In this document: one piece after another, positions 36,393 to 48,147 of the stretch
Layout of the letters: every line of letters starts with the position of its first letter
How positions within the stretch are numbered: position 1 is the first letter of the stretch
Source: Phyllobates terribilis
Taxonomy: Eukaryota
Length of the DNA: 64,000 bases
NCBI RefSeq assembly: GCF_046119375.1
Contig: NW_027362762.1
Coordinates: 779,092,001 to 779,156,000 of the forward strand
Direction: 5' to 3'
The notes under the pieces: generated by a model
Database searches by the model: none
Told to the model about the DNA's origin: nothing
Seen by the model: the letters and a program-made list of their open reading frames with translations, nothing else
Translations under genes and position numbers: made by a program

Positions 36393-39300
36393 TTATGTTA
36401 CTCTGTTATCATTCGGTGGTGTTGAGAAGTCTGGCCCAATCCAGCCCTTGTTCATTTTTATAAGAGTCAGCCTGTCAGCATTTTCAGTTGACAGGCGGAT
36501 GCGCTTATCAGTTATAATTCCACCAGTGGCACTAAAAACCCGCTCTGATAAAACGCTGGTGGCAGGGCAGGCCAGAATCTCCAAGGCATAGAGACAGTTC
36601 ATTCCACGTATCTAGCTTGCATACCCAATAATTATAAGGCACAGAGGAATCACGGAGGACGTTGGTACGGTCGGCAAGGTACTTCCTCAGCATCTTCCCA
36701 AACTTTGCACTCCTTCTGAGAGTACCCCGCGCCTCAGGGCCTGTGCGATGGGAGGGTCTGAGAAAACTCTCCCAGAACTTTGACAGTGTTCCCCTGCCTC
36801 TGCTGGATTGAAGTTGTGTCTCTCTCGCCTGTACTCCTTGGTTGTCCAACAAAGTGTGCCCTCTGCCGCCAGCGTTTTCAGATGGGAATTTTTTTAATAG
36901 TTCCGCAACAAGGGCCTTCTGGTACTGCCCCATTTTTGTACACCTGTCCACCTCATGAATAAGAGATATAAAGTTCTCCTTGTAGCGTGGTTCTAGAAGT
37001 GTCACCAACCAGTAATGACTGTCACCCCAAATTTTGAGAACGCGAGGGTCATGCGAAAGGCAGCGTAACATAAACTCAGCCATGCGTGCCAGACTATTAA
37101 CAGGCAAGACTTCCGTGTCCTCACCAAGAGGATGACTGACCATGCTCTCCTCCTCCTCCTCTCTGTCCTCTGTCCATTCACGCTAAACAGATGGTATGAC
37201 ATCTGTGCAGGTAGTACCGTCTATAGTGCATGAAACTAGCTCCTGTCCTTCCTCCTCCTCCTCCTCTTCCTCATTGTCACCCAATCCACGTTGGGATGAG
37301 ATGAGGCTTGGCTGTGTGTAATCATCCTGTATGGTTCCTTGCTCCATCTCATCGTGCTCCACCTGCCATGCATCCTCTTTGATTGTGAGCAGAGAGCATT
37401 TCAGAAGACAGAGAAGCGGGATGGTAACGCTAATTATGCTGTCATCGCCGCTCACCATCTTGGTGCAATCCTCAAAGTTTTGGAGGATGATACTTATGTC
37501 TGACATCCATGTCCACTCCTGAGGTCTTATGTGTGGAGTCTGAACTGAACACCGACGGCCTTGTTGATGCTGGTACTCAACAACTGCCCTCTTCTGCTCA
37601 CAAATCCTTCCCAACATCTGCAGTGTAGAGTTCCAACGTGTGGGGACATCACACACCAGTCTGTGAGCCAGAAGCTGCAAACGCTGCTGAAACACTGCAA
37701 GGGCGGTGGAAGCTGTAGCTAACTTTCTAAAATGGGCACACAGGCGGCGTACTTTAACAAGCAGATCCGGCAGCTCCAGGTAGGATTTGAGAAACCGCTG
37801 AACCACGAGGTTAAGCACATGGGCCAGGCATGGTACGTGTATGAGCTCACCTCGCCTCAGAGCTGCCACCAGGTTCCGGCCATTGTCACACACGACCATG
37901 CCTGGCTGTAGGTTCAGCGATGTGAGCCACAGATCTGCCTGCTCTTTCAGAGCTGTCCACAACTCTTCAGCATTGTGCGTTTTTTCACCTAAGCATATTA
38001 GCTTCAGCACAGCCTGTTGCCGCTTGGCCGAGACAGTGCTGCAGTGCTTCCAGCTTGTGACTGATGTGGTCATTTCGGAGATGCAGGCTGAAGAGGAGTA
38101 GGAGGCTGAGGAGGATGAGCTGCAGGAGCTGTAGACCGTGGGGGCAACCCTGATTGACCTAGGGTCCGCAATCCTTGGCGTCGGGAGGACGTGTTCCGTT
38201 CCAAGGTCCGACTGAGTCCCGGCTTCCACTATGTTAACCCATTGTGCCGTCAGCGAGATGTACCATCCCTGCCCACAAGCACTTGTCCACGTGTCCGTGG
38301 TTAGGTGGACTTTACCAGTAACTGCATTGTTGAGAGCACGACTAATGTTTTGGGACACGTGCTTGTGTAATGCGGGGACGGCACACCGGGAGAAATAGTG
38401 GTGGCTGGGGACAGAGTAGTAGTGTGGCCTGTGGGGTGTTGGCTGCATATTTGCGCTTGCGTTCCAAGGACTGGGGTATGGACAACTGAACGCTGCGCTG
38501 GGACAAGGACATGGACGTGCTTCCTGATGCTGCTACTTGAGAGTGTGCAACGACAGGTGCAGGTCAGGAGGCGTCTTTGCATGCACCATGGACAGGGGAT
38601 TGGCTTGCATGCACAACAGCGGAAGAAGCAATGGTGCCACCCGCAGACACTGTTCCTGGACCCTGGGGTTCGGCCCACAAAGTCGGGTGCTTTGCTGCCA
38701 TGTGCCTGATCATGCTGGTGGTGGTCAGGCTGGTTGTTTTGCCACCCCTGCTGATGCTGGCCTGGCAGGTGGTGCAAATGGCCTTTTTGGGGTTATCAGC
38801 AGAGTCTTTAAAAAACAACCAGACTCGGGAAGACCTAACATTTGTACTGGCATCTTCCTTCGTGTTGGTGTTACGGGAAACGGTTGCCTGCCTTCTGTCT
38901 GCGGCCACCACACTGCTTCTTCCTGCCTGTAGGGATGGTCTGCCTCCCTCCCCCTGTGTGCTCCTGTCCTCGCTCTGCATGTCCTCCTGCCAGGTTCGGT
39001 CAGTTACTATATCATCCACGACATCATCTTCCACTTCTGCACCCTGGTCCTCCTCCTGACTTTCTGGCAATTGTATCTCATCATCGTCCACCTCTTGTGA
39101 CACTTTCCCACCGTCGCCTTCGTGTGACTGTGGCTGCTCAAATATTTGGGCATCGCTACAGGTGATCTCCTCTTGCCCCGCTTCAAGTGAACCGGGCGAG
39201 AGGCCTGAATCTATAAATGGTAAAGTGAACAGCTCTTCAGAGTGTCCAAGTGTGGGATCAATTGTCTCTGGGTACTCGGCATGGTGGGAGGAAGAAGGAT

Positions 39301-39590
39301 CAGGGTGAGGAATATGCGGTCCAGACTCACGGCTACTGAGACTTGACTGTGTGGAAGACAGGGTGGTGGTGGTGGAGGCTAAGTGACTGGAAGCGTTATC
39401 CGCTATCCAACCAACAACCTTTTGACACTGCTCTGGGTTCAATAGTGGTGTGCTGAGGTCCCCTAGAAATTGGGACAGGCATGTCAGGCGAGAAGATGTG
39501 GATGTTTGTTGTGGCACAATTTCGGCTTGCCCACGGCCTTGTCCTCGGCCTCTGCATGCACCATTACGATCACGTCCAGTTCCCCGTCCC
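36393..39590 (-). pseudogene. hAT transposase (BED finger, DDE, dimerisation domain), copy 1; start codon deleted, several frameshifts
   Basis: VWLFFK..CTTC..SMIRHMAAKHP; VHLTTDTWTS; VVCDNGRN; PCLAHVLNLVV; PTRWNST; LSERVFSATGGIITDKR. Confidence 0.93.
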
Positions 39591-42228
39591 TGATAGAGAA
39601 AACAGAGTTTTAAATACCTGACCTGACCTGTTGGTATGTAGTTTGAACAGCAAACTGCGGTGAATTGCTTCAATGACACACTAAAGGAAATTTTTAATGG
39701 AGGCCAGAAATGGCAGTATTTTCTGACAATGTATATGTGATCCGTTTGACGGAGAAACCACAGTTTTAAATAGCTGGATTTCTAGCGCTCTAATATGGAA
39801 AGGACCTGGCTGTATTCTGCAGTGCCAACAACCAAATGGTGCAGAAAAAATGGTGTTCTCTGGATGGCTTTTTAAGCAATTAATGAGGATTAAGATCCAA
39901 AGAAAAGTATTCCTGGCCCCTGAGACCTGGGCCTTTGTATAGAAATATCTAACAGCAGCAGAAGGCAGAATTGGAATGGAGCCTCTTGTGCTATATGCAC
40001 TGCAGTCTGCTATATACACTGCCTGCCTATACACCCTGCCTGCCTGATATCTCTGCAGATGGATTAGTCCTCAGAAAGACTGTTTGTTAAGATGGATATG
40101 TGTAATGTATGGTTTTTCTCCCTACACTACCTAATACACAAGCAAATCTGTCCCTGACACAGCAGCACCTCTCCCAAAACAAACAAATGGCGCAGAAAAA
40201 CGGTGTTCTATGGATTGCTTTTTAAGCAAATTATGAGGATTAAGATCCAAAGAAAAGTATTCCTGGCCCCTGAGACCTGGGCCTTTGTATAGAAATATCT
40301 AACAGCAGCAGAAGGCAGAATTGGAATGGAGCCTCTTGTGCTATATGCACTGCAGTCTGCTATATACACCACCTGCCTATACACCCTGCCTGCCTGATAT
40401 CTCTGCAGATGGATTAGTCCTCAGAAGGACTGTTTGTTTAGATGGATATGTGTAATGTACGGTTTTTCTCCCTACACTACCTAATACACGATCAAATCTC
40501 TCCCTGACGCAGCAGCAGCTCTCCCTACACTGTCTGATCCGGAGTGACTGTGACGAGCATGGCAGTGCCAGGTCTGATATAGACCTGATGACGCTGTGCG
40601 GCCAGCCAATCACTGCCCACAACCAACATGGCTATGGCATTACAGTGCATGGCAGGCAATCCCTGCATGTTCATTGGCTCTCTAAAGTGCGCCAAACATG
40701 CAGGGAGGGGACCCTAGTTCCCTCCCGAGCAACCCGGAAATACTTGGCGAGCGCCGAGCATCTCGAGCAGTGAGATGCTTGGCAAGCACTGAGCAGTAGC
40801 GAGCATGCTCGCTCATCACTAATAGCTATGTCTAACTGCAGCGGCCCATAGCTGAGCTCCGATCACTGCTATAAACCATTTGAAAGTCACCCCCAAAACA
40901 CTAAGTAAACCACTTATACAAGGATATAGGGGACTTAGCGCCTACAGAAATACCTATAAAATTGCTTTGAGTTGTTTAGTTGCCTTAAAAAAACTATTTA
41001 TTTGGTATACAAATGAGGTATATTCCATGCGCCCTTAGCGTGACCATTGCACCATTATGCGCCCTTAATTTGCCTAACGAGCATCGTTATGACTTGATTG
41101 ACAGCACTCAAGTGAATGCTGTCTGAACTCAATGAGCGGCTTTCCATGGACATTCCAGCCACCCTATAATGTGGATATACGTGCAGGTGGTGGTCAGTGA
41201 GAGTGGTTGCCATTTGGCACAGACCTCATGGGAATGGGACATTATCCCCATGTTTGCACTGAGCACTTTATCACTATCTCCACTGCCACATCTGCGGAGC
41301 AGTTTGCACGAGACACCTTACTGAGAATACCAAAAAGATTCATCTAAGCTAAGTCTCTCTTATTAAGCATTCATATTATATTATCTGAATTTATAGGGTC
41401 TGTGGCTCCTGATGAGCCGATTAGCAGGAGAAACTCGCCCGCATGGAGCGATACATACCTGCATTTGTATTTGAACTTAGTGGTGTAGTTGTGGGGTTGG
41501 TCTATTTGCATTTCTGATCTTGTCCCTATGAATAGGAGGGTCCAAGGACAACTCCATACTTTATCTCTTGACTTTCTGGCTGACTAGTGAATCTTTTTAT
41601 GCTTATTGTACTTGAAGATTGGTCTATTGTATATATTGGTATAAAGTGACATCTATTTTCTGGTTTGGTGAGGGAAGCAGGAATATTCCATGTGATCATT
41701 ATTGTTACTAATACACATATACTTGTTCTGTATTTACAGCCAGATTGAGATCTATACACAGTATTATTGTTTGATGATTGATATCCTCTTGAGTATCTGG
41801 GCCATTAAGATAACTGACTGTTAGGAAATGAATACCCATTAATTTCCTATTTTTTGATTTACCAAACTGCAGGTACAGTGGTGGTGGCCCATTAGTCTTG
41901 GGGATTGAATGGTGATTACCCTCTTGCATCCCCTTACACTGATAATTGACTTCCACCACTCTCACCTAATCAGGGACTTATAGGGTGAGCTGACGAGGAG
42001 CGGGGGCGCCATTTGCGTTCAAGAGGGTGCCAACCTCCACTGTGAGGTAGGGACAGATTAGGGGTCAGCTTAGGGCATTGCCCCTTCCCCACTTTATGAG
42101 AATCTTTTTGGGCTGAGAATACTGTACGGCCTTTTAACCATTTTTGGTGTTTTTTGGGGGTTTTTTTTTGAGGGTCAGTTACAATTTAATTTTTAATGAT
42201 ACTAATAAACATAAAATTTTAGGTGTAC

Positions 42229-42798
42229 CACATCCAGGGAGATTAGCAACAGTGCCATGAGTTGTAAACTTCTTGATTATGTTGCGAACCATGGACAAAT
42301 GAACATCTCATGATCTCTTCAGATGGACTTGTAACCTTGAGATTGTTGATATTTTTCAACAATTTTTGATTCTCAAGTCCTCAGACAGTTCTCTTCTATG
42401 CTTTTTGCTCTCCATACTTAGTGTGGTGCACACAGACACACAATGCAAAGATTTAGTCAACTTCTCCCCTTTTTATCTGGTTTCAGGTGTGATTTTCGTA
42501 TTACTCACACCTGTTAATTGCCATAGGTGAGTTTGAACGACAATTACATTCTTGAAACAAAGTTGTTTACTCACATTTTTGGAAAAGTGCCAACAATGTT
42601 GCCCTGCCCATTTTTGGGGTTTTGTGTGAAATTATGTCCAATTTTCGATTTTTCCTTTGTTTTTTTGTGTTGTTGCAATACACACAAAGGAAATAAACAT
42701 GTATATAACAAAACATTTGTAACTGCAATCATTTTCTGGGAAAAATGCTTCATTTGGTGGAACAGTTTCAAGGGTGCCAACACTTTTGGCTATGACTG
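42229..42798 (-). mobile_element. Tc1 5' part (TIR plus transposase N-terminus)
   Basis: TIR CAGTCATAGCCAAAAGTGTTGGCACCCTTGAAA + TA at 42799; minus strand encodes ~RRELSEDLRIKIVEKYQQSQGYKSI..HGTVANLPG. Confidence 0.85.
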
Positions 42799-43121
42799 TA
42801 TATAGGACCACATTGTACCTCAGTTAGCCTCAGATTGTATTGTAATGTTTTTCTTTACTGATTTCATGAGAATTTATACAAAAAATTGCATCTTTCTCCA
42901 CGTTATAGGGCAAAATATGGTGCCTCATACAGTGACACATGAAGAGCCTGCGGGTCCATAACACAACTGTTTTAGGCTGTGCATATAGGCTTCATAAATC
43001 AGAGGAAGTAGGCACAGTAAAACAATAAAGTCTATAACGTGCCACTGATTTGTGAACAAATCTGTACATACTAAAGAAAGCAAGCACACATAAAATGGAA
43101 AAGAAAAAGAAGAACAGAGCA

Positions 43122-44525
43122 CATAGAATCATAGAATGTTAAAGTTGGAAGGGACCTCCAGGGTCATCGTGTCCATCCTTCTGCTCAATGCAGAATTCAC
43201 TAAACCATCTCAGGCAAATGACTGTCCAGCCTCTGTTTGAAGACGTCCATTGAAGGAGAACTCACCACCTCTCGTGGCAGCCTGTTCCACTCACTGATAA
43301 CCCTCACTGTCAAAAAGATTTTTCTAATATCTAATCTGTATCTTCCCTCTTTCAGTTTCATTCCATTGCTTTTCGTGTTTCCATGTGCAAATGAGAATAA
43401 GGATGATCTCTCTACACTGTGACATCACTTCAGATATTTGTAGACAGCTATTAAGTCTCCTCTTAGCCTTCTTTTTTGCAAGCTAAACATTCCCAGATCC
43501 TTTAACCTTTCCTCCTAGGACATAGTTTGCAGTCCGCTCACCATCCTGGTAGCTCTTCTCTGAACTTGTTCCAGTTTTTTGATGTATTTTTAAAAATGTG
43601 GTGCCCAGAACTGGACATGGTATTCCAGATGAGGTCTGACCAAGGAGGATTAGAGGGGGCTAATTACTTCACATGATCTAGACTCTATGCTTCTCTTAAA
43701 ACATCTTAGAACTGTGTTTGCCTTCTTTAGCTGGTGCATCACACTGTTGACTCATGTGCAGTCTGTCATCTATTAGTATACCCAAGTCTTTTTCACACGT
43801 GCTGTTGCTTTGCTCTATTCCACCCATTCTGTAGATGTCATTTTCTTTTTTCTTGTCCAGATGCAGAATATTGCATTTCTCCCATTCTATTAGTCCCTGC
43901 CCATTGTTCAAACTTATCTAGATTTTTCTGAATCCTTTCTCTGTCTTCTCTACTGTTAGCTATCCCTCCTAGCTTTTCATCATCTGCAAACTTGTCTAGT
44001 TTACCTTCAGTTCCCTTATCTAGATAATTTATAAAAATGTTGGCTGGGGCCAGGACCGAGCCTTGTGGTACCCCACTTGAAACACTCTTCCAATTGGATG
44101 TGCAACCATTTATTACCACTCTTTGAGTGCGATCACTGAGCCAGTTATGAATCCACCTAATCGTAGCCTTGTCAATCCCACACTTGGTACTTTTTTCAAT
44201 AAGGATAGTATGAGATATTTTATCAAATGCTTTGCTGAAGTTGAGATATACTATATCTACCACATTTGCCTGATCCACCCAGTCAGAGATTCCATCATAG
44301 AAGGAAATTAGATTAGTCTGGCATGATTTGTTTACTACAAACCCATGCTGGCTCTGGTTAATTACTGTATTCTTATCCAAGCAATTACATACAGTACATG
44401 CTGTTTAATCATTTATTCAAAGATTTTCCTGGTATAGAAGTAAGGCTCACTGGCCTGTAATTTCCTGACTCCTTTTTTGAAGATGGGACAACATTTGCCC
44501 TTCTCCATTCTTCTGGGACTTTTTC
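43122..44525 (-). mobile_element. CR1 LINE, 5'-truncated, degenerate RT
   Basis: QHGF..SCQTNLISFY..VYLNFSKAFDK..SGVPQGSVL..KFADD; 3' tail (ATTCTATG)2 at 43122-43137. Confidence 0.93.
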
Positions 44526-47500
44526 TGTTCTCCAGGATTTTTCTAAATACATACAAAATATACCAAATCTTTATTAAGTATAATTATACAGAGCAAACCA
44601 GACAAACATCCATATAAGTTAAAAGCATCTAAAAAAAAGTTCTAAATCCACAGGAAAACAGAAAATTCGTCTGTGACAATCCTGGACCAGATTATCCTGG
44701 ACCTTAAAAGGCAATACCCCCAATATTTGCCAATATTAGTGAATGAGAGACACAACGAAACTTATAATAGTATATCTGCAAAAGTCACAAGTAATAACAA
44801 CCCTGAAGCCACATAACAGTGCAGAAATAACATGGTAATATAAGAAACCTTCAAGTGAAAGCACATGTGAGAAAAAAGTCATTGATGAAATAAATACAAA
44901 TACTTAGCAGTGATGGGTAAGTAATTTCACGGAAATGCTGGAACCCCATGTGTATCGTTGTCTGCACAACTTCATCAGGGATACTATATAAGGTGTGCAT
45001 AAGAGATTATAAATACCTTTATGTCCAGTGACCAACTGATGATATTCTTTTGGAGATATAGAACTTCTTGGAGCATAGGACAATGTGCTGCAGAGAGCCA
45101 TGCATTTTTAAGCAAACCAAAAGATCATTTCACACGACAAACAAACATTTTGGTCATGCATCAGTTGATTGGCAGCCTGTTTTCACTACACAATTATTGG
45201 GAACTGACTGTTCCTAGAATAATTGTGCAGTGTAAATTTACTTTCACTCTTCCACCACTTGTCAGGGGTCTTGTTTTTTCGTAGTCTCTACAATGTCCCT
45301 GCGTTTATCCCTACTGGCACACAAGGATTTTGTTTCTCAGACTTATTTGCACCACTCAGATCCACATTGGTTCTTTACCTAGCTGATCATCCCCACAGCT
45401 GTGAGTAGACATACATAGCTAATCAGAAGGACTGAAGATACATCCCAGCCATTACTGGTTAAAGGGAATCTGTCATTAGGACCAACCCCCTAAGTCGTGT
45501 ATATGGGCATTTAGGTCATAGGAATCTGAATAAAATGATACCTTGTTATCTGTGATCCAATGTCTTATTCCAGAGAAAACCACATTTTTATTATATGTAA
45601 ATGAGCTGTTAAGATTTATGGTCCAGAGACTGAACTGCATGAGAATCTCCAGAGCTTAAATAAAAGGGGGCATTATCAGTGTAACACATGTGACTAACAC
45701 TGCACAGTAGAACTGAACTTTGTCTCCTTACAAACACATTTTCTGCATCTCTCACAGCTCTGCTATATTGCAACACTGTCTGCCTGTCGGATGGAAGCTG
45801 AAGCACTGAGAAGAACCTGCAGATATGTCAGGTATAGTCGCACAAAGATCTACAGTGAGATCAGCAAGCAAAGAGCAGCCATTTCACATCACACTGGTAA
45901 CACCCCCTTCTATTTAACTCCTTTACCCATGAATTGGGTTTGCATGTTAATAACCAGGCCAATTTTTACAATTCTGACCACTGTCACTTTATGAGGTAAT
46001 AAGTCTGGAACGCTTCAACAGATCCCACTGATTCTGAGAATGTTTTTTCGTGACATATTGTACTTCATGATAGTTGTAAAATTTCTTTGATATGACTTGC
46101 GTTTATTTGTGAAAAAATCTGAAATTTGGTGAAAATGTTGAAAATTTCGCAATTTTCAAAATTTGAACTTTCATGCCCTTAAATCAGAGTGTTATGTCAC
46201 ACAAAATAGTTAATAAATAACATTTCCCACATGTCTACTTTACATTATTTCCACTTTATTTTTATCAGCACAATTTTGAAACCAATTTTTTTTTGTTAGG
46301 AAGTTATAAGGGTTAAAAGTTGACGAAGGATTTCTGATTTTTCCAACAAAATTTACAATAACATTTTTTTAGGGACCACATCACATTTGAAGTGACTTTG
46401 AGGGGCCTTTATGACAGAAAATACCCAAAAGTGACACCATTCTAAAAACTTCACCCCTCAAGGTACTCAAAACCACATTCAAAACATTTATTAACCCTTC
46501 AAGTGCTTCACATGAATTTTTGGAATGTGGAAGAAAAAAATTACCATTTTTTGTTCACAAAAATGTTACTTCAGACCCAAATTTTTTTATTTTTTCAATG
46601 GGAAAAAATGGACCCCAAAATTTGTTCTGCAATTTCTCCTGAGCACGCAGATACCCCATATGTGGGGAAAAAACACTGTTTGGGCACATGGCAGGCCTTG
46701 GAAGAGAAGGAGCGCCATTTGATTTTTTGAATGGAAAATTTGTTTGAATAATTAGCAGACGCCATGTCACGCTTGGGGAGCCCCTAATGTGCCTAAACAG
46801 TGGAAACCCGCCACAAGTGACACCATTTTGGAAACTAGATCCCTCAGGGAACTCATCTAGATGTGTGGTGAACACCTTGAACCCCCAGGTGCTTCACAGA
46901 AGTTTATAACATTGAGGCGTAAAACTAAAATTTTCACATTTTCCCCACAAAATGTTTTTCAGCCCCAAATTTTGCATTTCCATAAGGGTAACGGGAAAAA
47001 TTGCACCATGCAATTTGTTGTGCAATTTCTCCTGAGTAAGCCGATTCCCCATATATGGGAGAAAACCACTGTTTGAGCGCACGGAAGGGTTCAGAAGGGA
47101 AGGAGCACCTTTAGACTCTTTGAATGTAAAATTTGCTTGAATAATAGCGGACATCATGTCGCGTTTGAAGAGCCCTTGATGTGCCTAAACAGTGGAAACT
47201 GCCCACAACTGACCCCATTTTGGAAACTAGACCCCTCAAGGAACTTCTCTCGATGTGTTGAGCACCCTAAACCCCCAGGTGCATCACAGAAGTTTATAAC
47301 GTAGAGCCATGAAAATAAATAAAATAAAACTTTTTCCACAAAAATGATCTTTTAGCCCTAAATGTTTTATTTTCACAAGAGTAAGAGGAGAAAATGGACC
47401 CCAAAAACTGTTGTGCAATTTCTCCTGAGTATGCCAATACCCCATGTGTGGGGAAAATTCACTGTTCGGGCACGTGGCAGGGTTGAGAAGGGAAGGAGCA

Positions 47501-47725
47501 CTGTGTGACTTTTTGAAAGCAAAATTGGCTGTAATCAAGAGCAGACGCCATGTCGCGTTTGGAGAGCCCCTGATGCACCTAAACAGTGGAAACCCCCACA
47601 AGTGACCCCATTTTGGAAACTACACCCCTCAAGGATTTTATCAATGGGTATAGTGAGCATTTTGAACCCAAAGGTACGACACAGAAATTGATAATATTAG
47701 GCCATCATATTGAATAATTTGTCAT

Positions 47726-48024
47726 TAGTCTTGAGCAAAAGTGCTTGCTACTTGAGTTTGCATCGGGTACTCGGGTATGCACCAAGTATCGCGGGTGCTC
47801 GTGTCCCTGCCCCGCATGTTTCACAGTTATTAGACACCCAAAAAAAAATATGCAAGGATCGCTCGTGCATGGCAGGCAATCCCCGTCAGTTTTCTTTGGC
47901 TGTATAACAGCCGTGAAACATATGGGGCGGAGACTCGTGCATGTCACTCGAGCACCCGCGATACTCAGTGCATACCCGAGCACCCGATGCAAACTCAAGT
48001 AACGAGCACTAGCGCTCAACACTA
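47726..48024. mobile_element. Short hAT-type MITE
   Basis: TAGTCTTGAGC ... CGCTCAACACTA with palindromic CTCGGG/CCCGAG-rich arms; 8-bp TSD not conserved. Confidence 0.7.
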
Positions 48025-48069
48025 GTCGACATATCGTCATCATTTTTTTTTTCTTTACTTTTGAAAAAT

Positions 48070-48147
48070 TCCCAACCCCAACACAACCCTAACCCAACCC
48101 TAGCACAACCCTAACCCTAACACAACCCTAATCCTAGCACAACCCTG
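48070..48147 (+). repeat. Telomere-like (CCCTAA)-variant tract
   Basis: CAACCCTAACCC / CACAACCCTA repeats. Confidence 0.7.

Larger units (their letters stand above)
25780..40821 (-). mobile_element. hAT DNA transposon copy 1 (~9 kb native, 15 kb with nested LTR insertions)
   Basis: 16-bp inverted termini TAGTGATGAGCGAGCA at 25780 and (rc) 40821; transposase on minus; 28500-29150 and 35706-40821 are reverse-complement homologues of 51646-57025. The 8-bp flanks do not match. Confidence 0.75.

Noticed and set aside
41405-41449. Hammerhead-ribozyme-like GCTC-CTGATGA-G...GAAA-C...GGAGC in a possible Penelope-like remnant (~40850-42000)
   Set aside because: Stem II closing pair and the stem III/NUH cleavage triplet are not satisfied (it reads AUG). 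At best a dead relic, and the PLE assignment cannot be supported without a database search.
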